64,000 nt of DNA from Ostrea edulis. Its lineage: Eukaryota. Positions 15,101-28,600 of the stretch are shown here, one piece after another. Both the position numbers and the translations under genes were made by a program. The notes below the pieces were generated by a model, which saw only the letters and a program-made list of their open reading frames with translations, made no database searches and was not told where the DNA came from. Positions within the stretch are counted from its first letter, which is position 1, and the number at the start of each line of letters is the position of its first letter. The stretch covers positions 59,272,001-59,336,000 of the forward strand of contig NC_079171.1 in assembly GCF_947568905.1 (NCBI RefSeq). The letters are read 5' to 3'.

Positions 15101-17937
15101 TAAATCGTATTAGCTTTATATAAGACATATTTTAAGGTGTATAACAAGATGCTTTATTAGCTGTCCTGTTTTGAATTCCTAAAACTCTGAAATTATTCAA
15201 AATGTGTGTTGAAAGAAACGTATTTTGCTTCGATCTTCAAATCGACACTGCTATATACCCACGATGTTTCATTTATTAGCAAAATTCAGTTTCATCAATG
15301 TGTCAGTTCGGTATATATCAGTGAACTCGTAATAAAAAACACACCAGAGTCTTCCACATAGGTCGACAGGGGAAACTTACTCCTCCTGGGCACCTGGTCC
15401 CACCTCTGGTGTGTCCAGGGGACCGTGTTTGCCAAACTATCTATTTTGTATTGCTTGTAGGAGTTATGAGATTGATCACTGTTCGTTATCTTCACATTTC
15501 ATCGGATTCATACGTTGATATCTTATTTGATATTTGATTTAACGATAAGGATCATTTGATGATAAAAGCCTCAATGAAGGCTATATGTATCAAATGTTTT
15601 TGGGCGTTACCTCCATGCTGGACTTATGGAATTAACTTTGCAGAGACGCATGTTCAGTTAACGCATTTGAAAGCGACGTGCTTTGAATTGAATAAAGTGG
15701 CTAGTGGACACATAATACTTAGAGTGGCACCTCAAACTATAAAGCAGATTGCGACTGAATTTTGATCAGAGTTTTCAAAATGTGGAAGATTTTAAGATTA
15801 TCAATAGTAGAACTAAGATATTAAAATTGCTAAAATTATAGTTAGTAATGTTGGGACAAATTATTTTTACTTCAGTTTACCGCTGCTGATCACTAAAACA
15901 GGGTCATTATGTATGTTTAAATGGAGTACAAATCAAACATGATTGGGTTAATTCATAATTGGTGGTAAACTGTTTGAAATAAACATAACTAACTCACCGT
16001 CACAATTAGGCCTACTCCATTGACCTTGACATCCTCTTGGACATTCCCCGTTCACTTTATCACAGACATCTCCTGACTTACAATGCCCGCATGATTTGGA
16101 ACAATTCGAATCGTAGAACCCGTCTTTACACCCTGAATCAGATCAATTACTGAAGTTGAAAACTATTGCATTTATCATCATCATATTTTACTCACCTAAC
16201 ATATTTTTACTTATCATTCATCTAGTTTATTTAATGATTATGGAAATCAAACATTATAGACAAGCGTATGCAAATTATCATATAGAAAATAAGATTGACG
16301 CATTAGTATTTCAATGCAAAGAATCTAACACAGGGATTATACCATAATATAGTTTGAAATTAAATGATTTAGATATCGATGAATGATTTGAATCAATGCC
16401 AAATGTCTTCAAAATCATATTCTAAAACTGCATGTTACTCTTACTGTCACAGTTAGATCCGCTCCAGTTATCTTGACATCCATTAGGACATGCCCCTGCA
16501 CTTTTATTACAGACCGTCCCTGGCGTACAGTGCCCGCATGGTTTAGCACATTTCAGTCCGTAAAACCCGTCTTTACACACTAAATCAAAAGGATATTCAA
16601 CTTCAAAAGAATTCCTTTCAATTTTAAAGGCTTTGTATTCTCTATACATTACATTGATAACGATGATATCCTTAGTCATCGTAGAAATCAAACCCTCAAC
16701 ATTTCACAGCACGAAAACAATAGTTTCCATATTGCAGAAAATGCAGAAACTATATGGAAAAGTAAGAAAGGACATAATTTCAGTAATTTTTCAGTTTAAA
16801 TCTTTTGCAGAGTGTGTAGACCTAGGTTGTCCCAAATTTCAGGTGGTTTACGCGGTGGAAACTTGCAGCATTTTTTCTGAACTGCTGAAACTCATCGCCA
16901 ACCTAGGTTAACGTAAAGTTGATATACGGTTATGTTAAGGAATATAGACAGTATAAAAGTACATGCTGATTAAACATGCTGTTTAAAGTTTTAGATACAA
17001 ATAAAACCGATGCCAGACATCAGCTTTAAAATAGTCACCAGAATAAACTAATACCAAGAAAAACCAATTATTAATTTGGTGCAGGATCTCACAAATATAT
17101 GTAATATGTAATTGAAATGGCAAATACTGTACAGGAGAAAATAAATCGCGGTTGAAATCTTCCCTATATTCACAGTCTAGATAAATCCACAAATTTAAGA
17201 AACGGTGAATGTTTGTATTTTTAATATTGTTCGTTAATACACAATGTGTTTTTAAAAAAAGTGGGGATTGGGGCTTACAGTAATTCCAATCCGCGAATTT
17301 GTGAACCAGCGACTATGTCTAAAATTAAGGAAAACCCGCAAAAATTACATCTCGTGAAATTATTTCCCTATACTGTATTTGATAGTCTTACTGTCACACT
17401 TAGATCCGTTCCAATGATCTTGACATCCATTTGGACACTCCCCTTTCAGTTTATTGCATGTCCCTGTTTTACAGTGTCCACAAGGTTTGGAACAATTAAG
17501 TCCATAAAAGCCGTCTTCACACACTGAATTGATAAAGGCAATAATTGATCTTCTTTGGTTATGAAGGATGACACAGTCGATATTGAAAACTGATTTCCCT
17601 TCCTTCGTTATGGGATTTATTGGATATTTTCGATTGTCATTGTCTTGAAATCATAATTAGAGACATGCTCTTAATTGTGTATCTGTAAGCGAGCCATGGG
17701 ATTGATCATTGTTTGCTACGTTTCCAAACTGAACTGCCTTGTGTATAGCACATGTGTTTATGATTTTCTACCTTTTTGTGGAAAGCCCTATCTTTATTCT
17801 TCTGTTGATTGTTATTATTATTATTATTATTAGTAGTAGTAGTTGTTGTAGTAAAAATAGTAGTAGTAGTAGCAGCAGCAGTAGTAGTAGTAGTAGAAGT
17901 GGTAGTAGTAGTTGTTGTTGTTGTGGTAGTAGAAGTG

Positions 17938-17980
<43 letters not shown>

Positions 17981-20529
17981 AAATAGTAGTAGTAGAAGTA
18001 GTAGAAGTTATGATAGTAGTAGTAATGTAGTAGTAGTAGTAGTATTAGTTTCCACCTTTCGGGGGAAAGCCCTAATGTTATTCTTCTGTTTCTTATTGTT
18101 ATTTTTCCTGCCGTCAAAATTATTTGAAAAAAAATATTGAAAAATTGTCTAACTCATCATGTATCTCTCTAGATACGATCACCTATGTCCCGACGTGATT
18201 GAATTTAGACCCTTTGCGGAGTTATAGGACTTTATAGTTCATCATCTACTTCTCAAGAAACAATCACATATCACCCTGCGTGATTGAAATTTCACTCCTT
18301 ACGGAGTTATTGGACCTTATGTAAAAATTCCTGTTAGCACTACTCCTCTTTAACCGTAAATGCGATGAACATCACATTTTTACTGAAGTATAGAGGACAT
18401 TAAGTAGCATTGATAGGTGTATCAAAAGAAGGATCTAATGTCCCTTTCTGAGAAATATCGCCCGATATGTTTTACAATTATCTGTAAAACATGTAAAACA
18501 AGAGAATGATTGGTCGTATGGCATTGGACCAACTGAAATGAGAGTCGTGACCTTTAGCCTTGGAAATCAAGTCTGGTTCAAAGGTCAATGTAATCCAAAA
18601 TACTACAAAATAGCATTTTATACTATTTTCCTGCCAGTTACAACATGATTTGCATAAATATTGACAGCTCAATTGATTTCAATACAATTAATGATAATTC
18701 TGAACCTTGATCTTAATGTGGATGACAATGATTTGCATCAAGAAGTATGTGAACCTACTCTTACTAAGTCAAAGGTCATATGCACATGGAATATTCGGTA
18801 ATGAATTGACATTAAAACAGCTTGGCATTTAACTGTTAACTGCAGAGGAACCAATTCGTTAACTAAACGCACGTAAGTTTTGGGTGCACTGTTTACTATA
18901 GCGCGAATTATAACTTAGCACACTAGATCAGCATCACTTGATACAGACTTCACAACAAGTCACATTGGCAAAACATTTCGGGAAAGTTCTTTATCGCAAA
19001 CTAACACCAAATCAGCAGGTGACATATTTCTTTGTGGTAGATTCCATTTTCGACGCATCTGTAGAGTGTACAAATATTCAGTTTCCCAGCGCTTCCAAAA
19101 TATGGATGACAGGTGTTGAACTCTCCCTCTCCTCCACTGTCTACTCAACAGTTCATTCGGGTTTATATGATGTAGGATTGACATTGTATCCTTAATATTG
19201 GATTTTGGGTAGGTAAAGTTAAAGGGGATAACATATGTGCATTTTCAGGATCAGTAAAAACCGACACTAGTGGTAACGAGTTGATTATGGAGGCTTCTGC
19301 CAGAAATGTTGTGAGCACCTACGCAGCTGAGTTAAGGCTATCCGAGAAAAATCATAGTGCTGTTCTAAATGTACCTCTGTGCAGTGCGTACCATATGACG
19401 TTATATTTCTTTATATTATATCTGCACTACACAAAAGGTAACACACGCCTTGATTTATGATTTGTCGCGCATATACGTAACCTTAGTATCAAATGTGTGT
19501 GATGCGTATTTTTTTCCGGAAATGTCAGCTTTTATAATTTCACCATGAGCACAGGGAAGGCGATTGATATAAAATAAAAAAAAACCAAACAAACTAAGAT
19601 GTTTTGTCCGATGTTCAAAGTCCTAATGTGGGGGTGAAGGGTTAAAGAGTCTTTTACTTTTGACTGCATCAATAATTCCCCATTACACTTCATTTTCTTC
19701 AATAGTTAGGGGTGTGATGGGGTGGTTAGAGTCCTCTAGCTACTATGAGTGTCTCATAATATATTCATTTCTTAGTTGGTGATGGTGTGTGTCTTCTACT
19801 ATTATATCAGAACTTTCAAGCTAAGGTCAAGAGGGGGGGGGGGGGTCACCCCATATATATATTTTATTTGCATTACAAAATAACAAAAAAATGGATATTG
19901 TTATTAAAGGTGGGAGATATACACTGTTGTCCCCTCCCTTTGATTCTATGTACTTGATAACGACGCATAATATGATAAACTCAATTATTACATTTTGCAT
20001 TAGTACAATTTGCATCGAGTTCAACGCAGAATGTAATAACGCAAAATGGCATAGATATATAAGATCTATTTTGACTGCGAATAACTCCGTTTGCCTGATC
20101 GGGATATGGGGCTCACGGCGGGTGTGATCGGTCGACAGGGAATGCTTACTCCTCCTAGGCATCTGATCCCACCTCTGGTGTGTCCAGGGGTCCGTGTTTG
20201 CCCAACTATCTATTTTGTATTGCTTGTAGGAGTTATGAGATTGATCAATGTTCGTTATCTTCACCTTGCATTGAATGCCAAATTAGCATAAAATGAAGTA
20301 ATTGAAAATAACATTATTTAAAGATATGTTTCATTTTCAATTATTGCGTGCTTTAAATGAATCAAATAAATCTGTATTATCAATTAATCAGAGCAATATT
20401 GAATTACTGTTCTCTTTTATTGAATTAACGATATCATTTGTCTTAATAAGAGCACGATTATCACAAGATCATGACAAGATTATCGTTTGAATCCCCCTCT
20501 CCTGTCAAGTTCATTTATTTTCACTCACA

Positions 20530-20590
<61 letters not shown>

Positions 20591-22530
20591 ACGTTGCTTC
20601 TTCTATCAGAATCTGATGACGTTTTCTCAATCCTTATATAGAAAAAAATAGTATCAACAAATTCTTTAAAATTATTCGAAGGATTTTAATTAACAAAGTA
20701 TATTTAAGTATTTTTTTTCTGCATAAGAATTCGGAAAATGTCATCAGACACAGGTTAAAGACGCAACGTTAAATCTTGCACTCACAAAACATGTCAACTT
20801 TGCTACTTCATATCACAAAACAATTACGTAATACATGGCTATAATTACTATATATAGAAGTACACACCCTATATAGTATTAGGGCATAAAATTACCAACT
20901 TCTGAAAATAGGCCAAAATTGACCCTTTGTGTACCTTCTCCTTACACTCAAGCCAGAAAGTAATCATTATGGCATGTTACAGAAATGTTAAAACACACAT
21001 ATGATATAGTCCTGCAATGCATGCATGCGATTTTTCTGAATACGTGTATTTATGTATTCGTGAATGAAGTTCCTATGCTTAAAAATATCTTGGTCTTCGT
21101 GCATTTTGTTTTATGATTTTGGTTTACCATTCCTTACACTGTGCAAATGAAGGAAAATTTGGTAAAGGGTGCAATTTTACACCATGCAATTAGTATATAT
21201 GCATGTGTTGCAAAGCAAAATGTACATGTGATAACCAGACATGTATCATATTTTTTCATGGGGGGGGGGGGGGGTTACAACAGGAAGAAGAAATGGAAAA
21301 TTGGATTCTTCAAAATGTCTTGCCATTCAAAATAATAATTTTAAAAAAAGACGAAAGACCCTTTTTATTATTAATCGAAATAGTTCGTTTATCACACGCA
21401 AATATCATCCATCGCCTTGGATGTGCTCATATCATAATATTGACAAATGTAAGTAAAATTTTGAAGTTTTGGCTAAGAAATAGCCACCCATGTAAATTTT
21501 GGAGCGTACTATTCTGCTATGTGACGATTTGGCGCCATTTCGTTTGTATATTTGAACAGAGGGTGTTGCCCCAAAATGACTTCGGTAGGTAAAAGTGTGT
21601 TATCTTCTACTTTATTTTTCTTGATTTTACTAGGCCAAATTCATATGCTAAGCGTACCTTCTCATAAATATTTTCATTTCGTAGATCTGGCGCAATGGAT
21701 ATATACTGAATATAGACATACCTCTGTACGTCGAAATTTCAAATTCGGATGTATTCGATTAGATGTTAGTATTCATAAATCAGTAAAATTCGTGTTGAAG
21801 TTTCATTTGATACGATACAGTGTCAATATACTGTGATGCATTAATAGGATATGCAAAAGGTAAGAGTATAAACATTTTCCTTTTTCATTATTAGTATCAA
21901 TATCTATATGATCACGAAAAAACAATTTATAATTTATATATCCGGATTCATATACCGATTTAGATATCAATGGAAACAAAGCTGCATAGTTGGGGGGTGG
22001 GGTGGGGTTAATGAGTATGATGAAATTAATAGAAGGCACCCCATAGTTGCATTCAAGCTAGATGTACTTCAAAATGAATTCATTTCTGCTGACTGAAAGC
22101 ATGATTCTAAATTCGGGAACGAGTCTTCCATACAGAATCATTAATAGGGGACACACATAAATTCGAGCTCCATTGGAATTTTATAAAATGCAGATATGCA
22201 CCTTTCTTTCAACACAAATTGATATATTGTTTCGGGTATGTATACAGGGGGTTGGAGTGGGCAGGGAGGCTAGCTGGTCTGCTCTCCCCCTTTTTGACAA
22301 TTTACTTTTTTCTCTTATTCTAACATACGAAGTCAGTATTTTCTACATGCACAGTTCAAAATAATATTTCTTTTAAAATTTGTAATGAATACAATTATAA
22401 GCATCGACTTCTGTATTGTCAATCAGAAATTTTTAAATAGCTGGGAATTTTTAATGCTTGTAAGCTTACATATTTATCAGTGATCAATTTTCTTTGCTTC
22501 TGTGAAATGATATATTGTACATCGAAGTAG

Positions 22531-22606
<76 letters not shown>

Positions 22607-25600
22607 CTCTCTCTCCTGTTCAATCTATGATTATGGACATACAGAGACCGTAAATAATTATATTGTCCCCAAAGAGACAATAAAACTATATGTTCGTTTA
22701 TATATGTCCTTTTATATGTGTCTTTGTGTAATCAACTGTTTAATATGGAGTGCAAATGTAATACCCGCATATTTCGAGCATTGTTCCCTCATTTGTATAT
22801 ACAAGTTTGTATATGATCATCGATACATTTTGAATTGTGCACGCAATATATCCAACCAGATGCTCAGTGTATATGATTAGATTCCCGATTTCTATAAACT
22901 GCGAAACCTTGACCAGACAAGCATTTAATACAGGAGAAATGTTCGACTCTGACATCTCCCCTGGGTGAAGACACCCTATTTGACATGGGTGAAGTGTGTC
23001 GCAGTCTGTATAATGGAATGACAATGTGTTGTAAAGTTCTAACGACATACAAATGGAGTTTATCATTTTGTTTCGTGGATTTATCAGAATAAAAAAAATC
23101 TAATATTTTCGATAAGTACACATCTCCGATACCTGTTGAATAGACGTCCGTATTTGATACGTTTGTTTTTGGCGAATATGCCATGTGCATTACATATTAT
23201 GCATATGGCATGCACCTGTATTTTGCAAGAATTGATATAAATAATAGATTGTTATGTTCTTTGCTTATTCCATTCTATCAGTAAATAATTGGCAACTGAT
23301 TTCTCCGTATTTAGTTCATAAGAAACCCCAAATACTTGCATGCACTTGCAAGTATGCAAGACCATTTGGTTTTTTGTTGTTACATTTTTGTCTAAATTAT
23401 CTAAACTTTCAGAATGTTGCATTAGTATACAATACATATTTTGTAATTCAAGCAAAGTATAATGTTATAAAATGTGATTTTATTTGTTTCGCATTCCCTA
23501 TGTATTACTATCGGAGATGTGCACTGGTCGAGTTCACCTAGAAAAATCACTCAGGTGTGACAATCACATTTGGGGTATATAAGAGTAGAGTAAATTAAGC
23601 TACATGAGAGAAATATGGCGGATAAGATGAGAAAGATGTACATATTTATTAACTCATGTGAGCCTTAAGGAATGACTTTAGTTTTGACAAAATTTACCCT
23701 TCTGTCATGCCACGAAAACTAACATAATCGTGCTGTTGGGATGTTTCAAGCTAGAATGGCACAACATATCGTAGCAAGATACGTTGGACTTTATTGGAAC
23801 ACCATCCATTCATTATGGAGACATTTCTAACAATCTGGTAAACACTCGGGATCGATCACGTTCTGGGCGTCCTCGTGTGACGTCGCGTTGACAAGAACGT
23901 CACACTAGACTTGTGCATATGGGAAAATCGTTTCCAGACAGCAGGTTTGACTGCTCATACCATTCCTGCACTTTGACCAATCAGTCCAAGAACTGTGCGC
24001 AATCGTCTGCACGAGCACAACATCAGACCAAGACGTCCAGCGGTGCGCCCAATACTGTTTCAACGTTATCGTATCGCTATACTAGCATGGTGCAGGCGAC
24101 ATCTGCGATTCAGAACACACGACTGGGACAATATTCTGTTCACTGAAGAATCCAGATTTCATTTGGATAAGAGTGACGGCTGTTTTAGAGTGTATCGTCG
24201 CTTTGGGGAGCGGTACCAGGAAGCTTGTGTTGTGCAACGTCGATAATTCGGTGGAGGTAGTGTTATGGTGTGGAGTGGAATAACAGCACGTGGAAGGACC
24301 CCTCTACAAAGTGTCAATGGAAATCTAACCGGCGTACGCTATTGAAAGGAAATTATTCAGCGACATGTGATACCCTTCATACAGAGAAAGCAAAATCACT
24401 GTTCAACAGAATTTCAATGTCTTGCTTTGGCCAGCTGTTTTCCCCGATTTATCGCCGATCGAGCACGTATGGGCTGATATCGACATTTGCATTGTTTCAA
24501 TATCGGTGATATTGGCTGATTTAGGCCAGGTTTTAACCAACATCTTGAACAACATCCCCTAAGCATTTCTGAACATTTTAGTAGCATCAATGAGGAGACA
24601 TTGTCAAGCATACGTTAATGCAAATGGCAGTCACACGCGTTATTGACTTTGTTAATTCAAGTTCGAATACCAGTGTCTTTCGAGTGTGCTGAACTAGACG
24701 TTATTCGACGTTAGTGTTTGTGGATTATGAAATGTTTTAACGAATACATTTGTTAACAGTATTACAAAAAAAATGTGTTCATTGTTAATTCTTATCATTT
24801 TTTTTCATATATTAAACAATGCAACGTTTCTTTTTTTTTCACTAGCATATGTGTGCATGCATATAAGCATTTATATGCACAATGTATGTATATTGGAGCC
24901 GATGAATGTATCGATATACGTACCTGTATATCTCTCTATATATATGTGTGTATGTTTACATGCATTAATAACAATAAACATATTTTAAAGTAGATATTCA
25001 TACATAAATATGTACAGGTGTATCTATGTCTATGGAAGTACAATATGTTTCATAAGACATGCATCCAGTTTGTTTCGTTATGTTTTCAGAAAAGTTTGCC
25101 GATTCTTAAAAGAAAAAAATATATCATCTACATGGAAATTGGATGGTTTCAGGAATTACCCATACATATTTTTAATCATATTGGGCTGCTCACTAAATTG
25201 ACAACGAGGAATGAAAAACATTACATTTTTTTTTCTAATTGAAGATCTAATGATGTTGAAATTGAAAGTAAAAAGCATGCTACAGCGTGGCAATTTCCAA
25301 TGTTGTTTGCATTTCTGACATTCACCGGTATTCTTATCACGTGCAGCTTGATTGAAGCAGCTACCACATTTTCTACACAGGGTGCCAAAATAGCCATCTT
25401 GACAATCTGGAACTATGTTTAACCGATATTTCAGATATCAGGGATTCAAGTTATATATATGAATTCATTGCAAGATGTATGGTTAAGTTCAATCAAGCCA
25501 AACAGTTTGAGCTCGTTAAAAACAAAGTAAATCCATTGTGGACTGTTTCGCAGCATTTATACTGTTGAATGATGTCGTTGTTTTGATGTCCTTCTCTCTA

Positions 25601-28600
25601 CTGTAAAGTTACTGCCATAAACAGCGATCAACCTCGCAAATACTGTCTGAGATCAAATCCTACTAAGCAGGATATTTTAGTAGAATGGCACGATTTCCAG
25701 GATTTGAAAACCTCTAAGGCAGGGTGACATTAACATCTTATAATTGTGCTGCATGAGACATGTAAAACTTACCGTTGCAAAGTGGTGCTTTCATGGCCGA
25801 ATTTTTACAACCATAAATGCATGTACCGTTGAAAACATCGCATTGTTTATCGAAACATTTCTCCTCACAAGAGTCGCAGTTTGGTCCGTAGTGTTTGGCT
25901 TGACATCCTTGGAGAATAAAAATGATTGCATTTAGCTAACGTATAATCGGCAAATTACCGTAGAAACACAAAAGCAAGACAACTATATAGAAAGCAATTT
26001 TCGAATACACAGTTACGGCTTGCATCTGTTATTGAAATAGCATACAGATAACATCTAGAATATGTAATGGATAATCATATCTCATCATATTTTATGTTTC
26101 TATATCAGCAAACGAGATATATTTGTTTCAGTTTCGAACATAATTAAAAATGTTGTATGTAAATTGTATGTAATCGTTTCAAGTCTTAAGGTGGACCATT
26201 GTTTGGCGAAATGTACAGACCCTGGAACATGCTACCACACCCTCAAAGCGTTTCGTTTTGTTCCGTGCAAACCGTTCAGCGTTCCGTGTAAACCGTTCAC
26301 CGTTCCGTGCAAACCTATCACCATTCCGTGCAAACCGTTCACTGTTCCGTACAAATCGTCCAACGTTTCGTGCAGACCGTTCAGCGTACCGTGCAAATCG
26401 TTTCGTGCAAGAATCGTTCCGTGTATGATCAAGCCACGCCCATAGAAACGTGCAGATTGTTCAAACCACGCCCATAGAAACGTACATATTCTGCAAGTCA
26501 TTTCGACATAGGATGTTGCACAGGTAAACATTTTTGGGGATTTTGAGCAATTATTTAAAAATGTCTCTAAAACGTATTTTCAACAGCTAAAATCTGTAAA
26601 TAATCGAAAGAAAGCAGTTTGTTATAGAATCATCAAGCAGAGCAAAATCCGATACCATTTTCTCACCCTTGATAGTTTCTAGCAAATTCAGAGACATGTA
26701 TAGCTTCGGCCTCCGTATTTCTTTTTTGTCTTGTTACGATTTTATGATAAAGTTTCTCTTTTAAAATAAAAATACTTTCCTCAAAATTGTTTATGAGAAC
26801 TATCTGCATAATGCAAAGACCGACCTGTGTAATATTCGTATACTCTACGTAAATTCCAAGGTGTTTTTTCTTTACTACAGTGGAGGTCAGCTAATCCAGG
26901 TATTTTAATTAACAATCGCACAGAAGGTGTGAAAATCGGCTGGGACAATTGGAATATGAAATCAGAGGTGTATCTTTTGTGTCTCAAAAAGAAATGAAGT
27001 TTTCTATAGGTTTAAAATTGAGGCAATTGCAACAACCTAGTTAAAAATTGGATGTTAAATCCGCCCGCATATATTTTCATTATTACTGTATTTAGTCATT
27101 ATTTGTTTTATTTCTTCATTTACAATTGTGTATGTTTGATTTATTTCTCAATCTATTTCAATCATATTTTGATTGTTTCTTTTTGTTTTATGCAAGGTAA
27201 AGATAACGAACATTCATCGATCTCATAACTCCTATAAGCAATGCAAACTAGATTGTTGAGCAAACACGGACCCCTGGACACACCAGAGGTGGGATCATGT
27301 GCCTAGGAGGAGTAAGCATCCCCTGTTGACCGGTCACACCCGCCGTGATCCATATATCCTGATTGGGTAAACGGAGTTATCCGCAGTCACAATTAGTGTG
27401 CCAAGAACGGCTTAACAATCGGTATGAAACACGTCAGACAGCATTTGACTCAATGATAGGTTGTATTGACGAACTAGATCGTTATAACGACCATAGTATT
27501 TGCGAAATGCTGACTTCAATCGAGACTGTTGAAACACCTGTACCATCAACTTGTTTGTCAGTAGCTTACGTCGATTTAAAAACTGACTATACTCAGAACA
27601 AGCTCTTGCATATCGAATCAGTTGAGATATATAGACACCATATGTAGTTGATAATGGAATATTGCTACATAAATATCGGAAGTTGACGATGGAAAAGCTG
27701 AAATCATCCCGTTTGTCATACAGTTGAGTTGTCAGTTTGCCGTTAATGTCTACTTTGAATAAAATATCTAAGTATGAAGCACAAATCGGCGACTCTGTGG
27801 TGTCCTTTATTTCGAGCTCACATGGATATATCAAATCGACATATGAATGAAAGTTATTATTGTTAATAGACAAAACGTCATCGATATATCGAAATGTCGA
27901 ATTGAAGGCCACAGCGAGAAATTTTTTCGTCTCACATAGAAGTTTTTGAATAAATTCTTCTTCATATAGAAACAGATCAGCTAACAAAAGAGCACAATTC
28001 GTGCCCATGGGAATTCCAACAGACTGCAGGAAGACTTGATCACCAAAGACCACGAAGATATTGTCAAAGAGGAACTCTAGCAAATTTTTTTATTTCAACT
28101 TCAGAGTACTTGTGCGTGGAATCAGAGTGGTATTTAACAAAGTAAATTTTTGAATGACTGATCACTAGATATGAATATTTCCGTTTTCCATTTTTGTTGA
28201 AGAAGCAACTGTCTATGATATCAAAAAGTCTAGTCTTTAATTTATCGTGCGGAATGGTTGTGTATAGTGTTGGAAAGTCATAGGTTTTAATGCTATTGAT
28301 TTGGGAAAAATTCTGCGATTTCAAGTTTACTAAAAGTACTTTAGAATTTTTTTAGAATTCACATTTGATTAACACCACTTCTAGCATATGTAGTCACACA
28401 GTAAGTTTGAAGTTTCTCCTTCACAGTTGTTAATATTTTCGTGAGGAGCAAACATATGGGCTTGGTAGAGCAGTTACTGGATCCAGCAATGTATCTCTGT
28501 TTGTAAGGGGTTTTATGTAGTTGAGGAATCCAGTATAGGTACGGTAACTCATATTCATTCGACCCATTGACTGGGATATTAAATGTGTCTAAAACTGAAG

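Noticed and set aside
17739-18140. Poly-Ser/Val/Tyr ORFs
   Set aside because: Translations of a trinucleotide microsatellite.
22477-22880. (ER)n and (SL)n ORFs
   Set aside because: Translations of a (CT)n microsatellite.
27191-27420. Hammerhead or HDV-like ribozyme in the abundant PLE 3' UTR
   Set aside because: GTGAAGA..GAAC lacks C3, a stem II and A15.1. The ctcctcc loop sits in a simple hairpin without the nested pseudoknot required for HDV-like folds. A covariance-model search would settle it.
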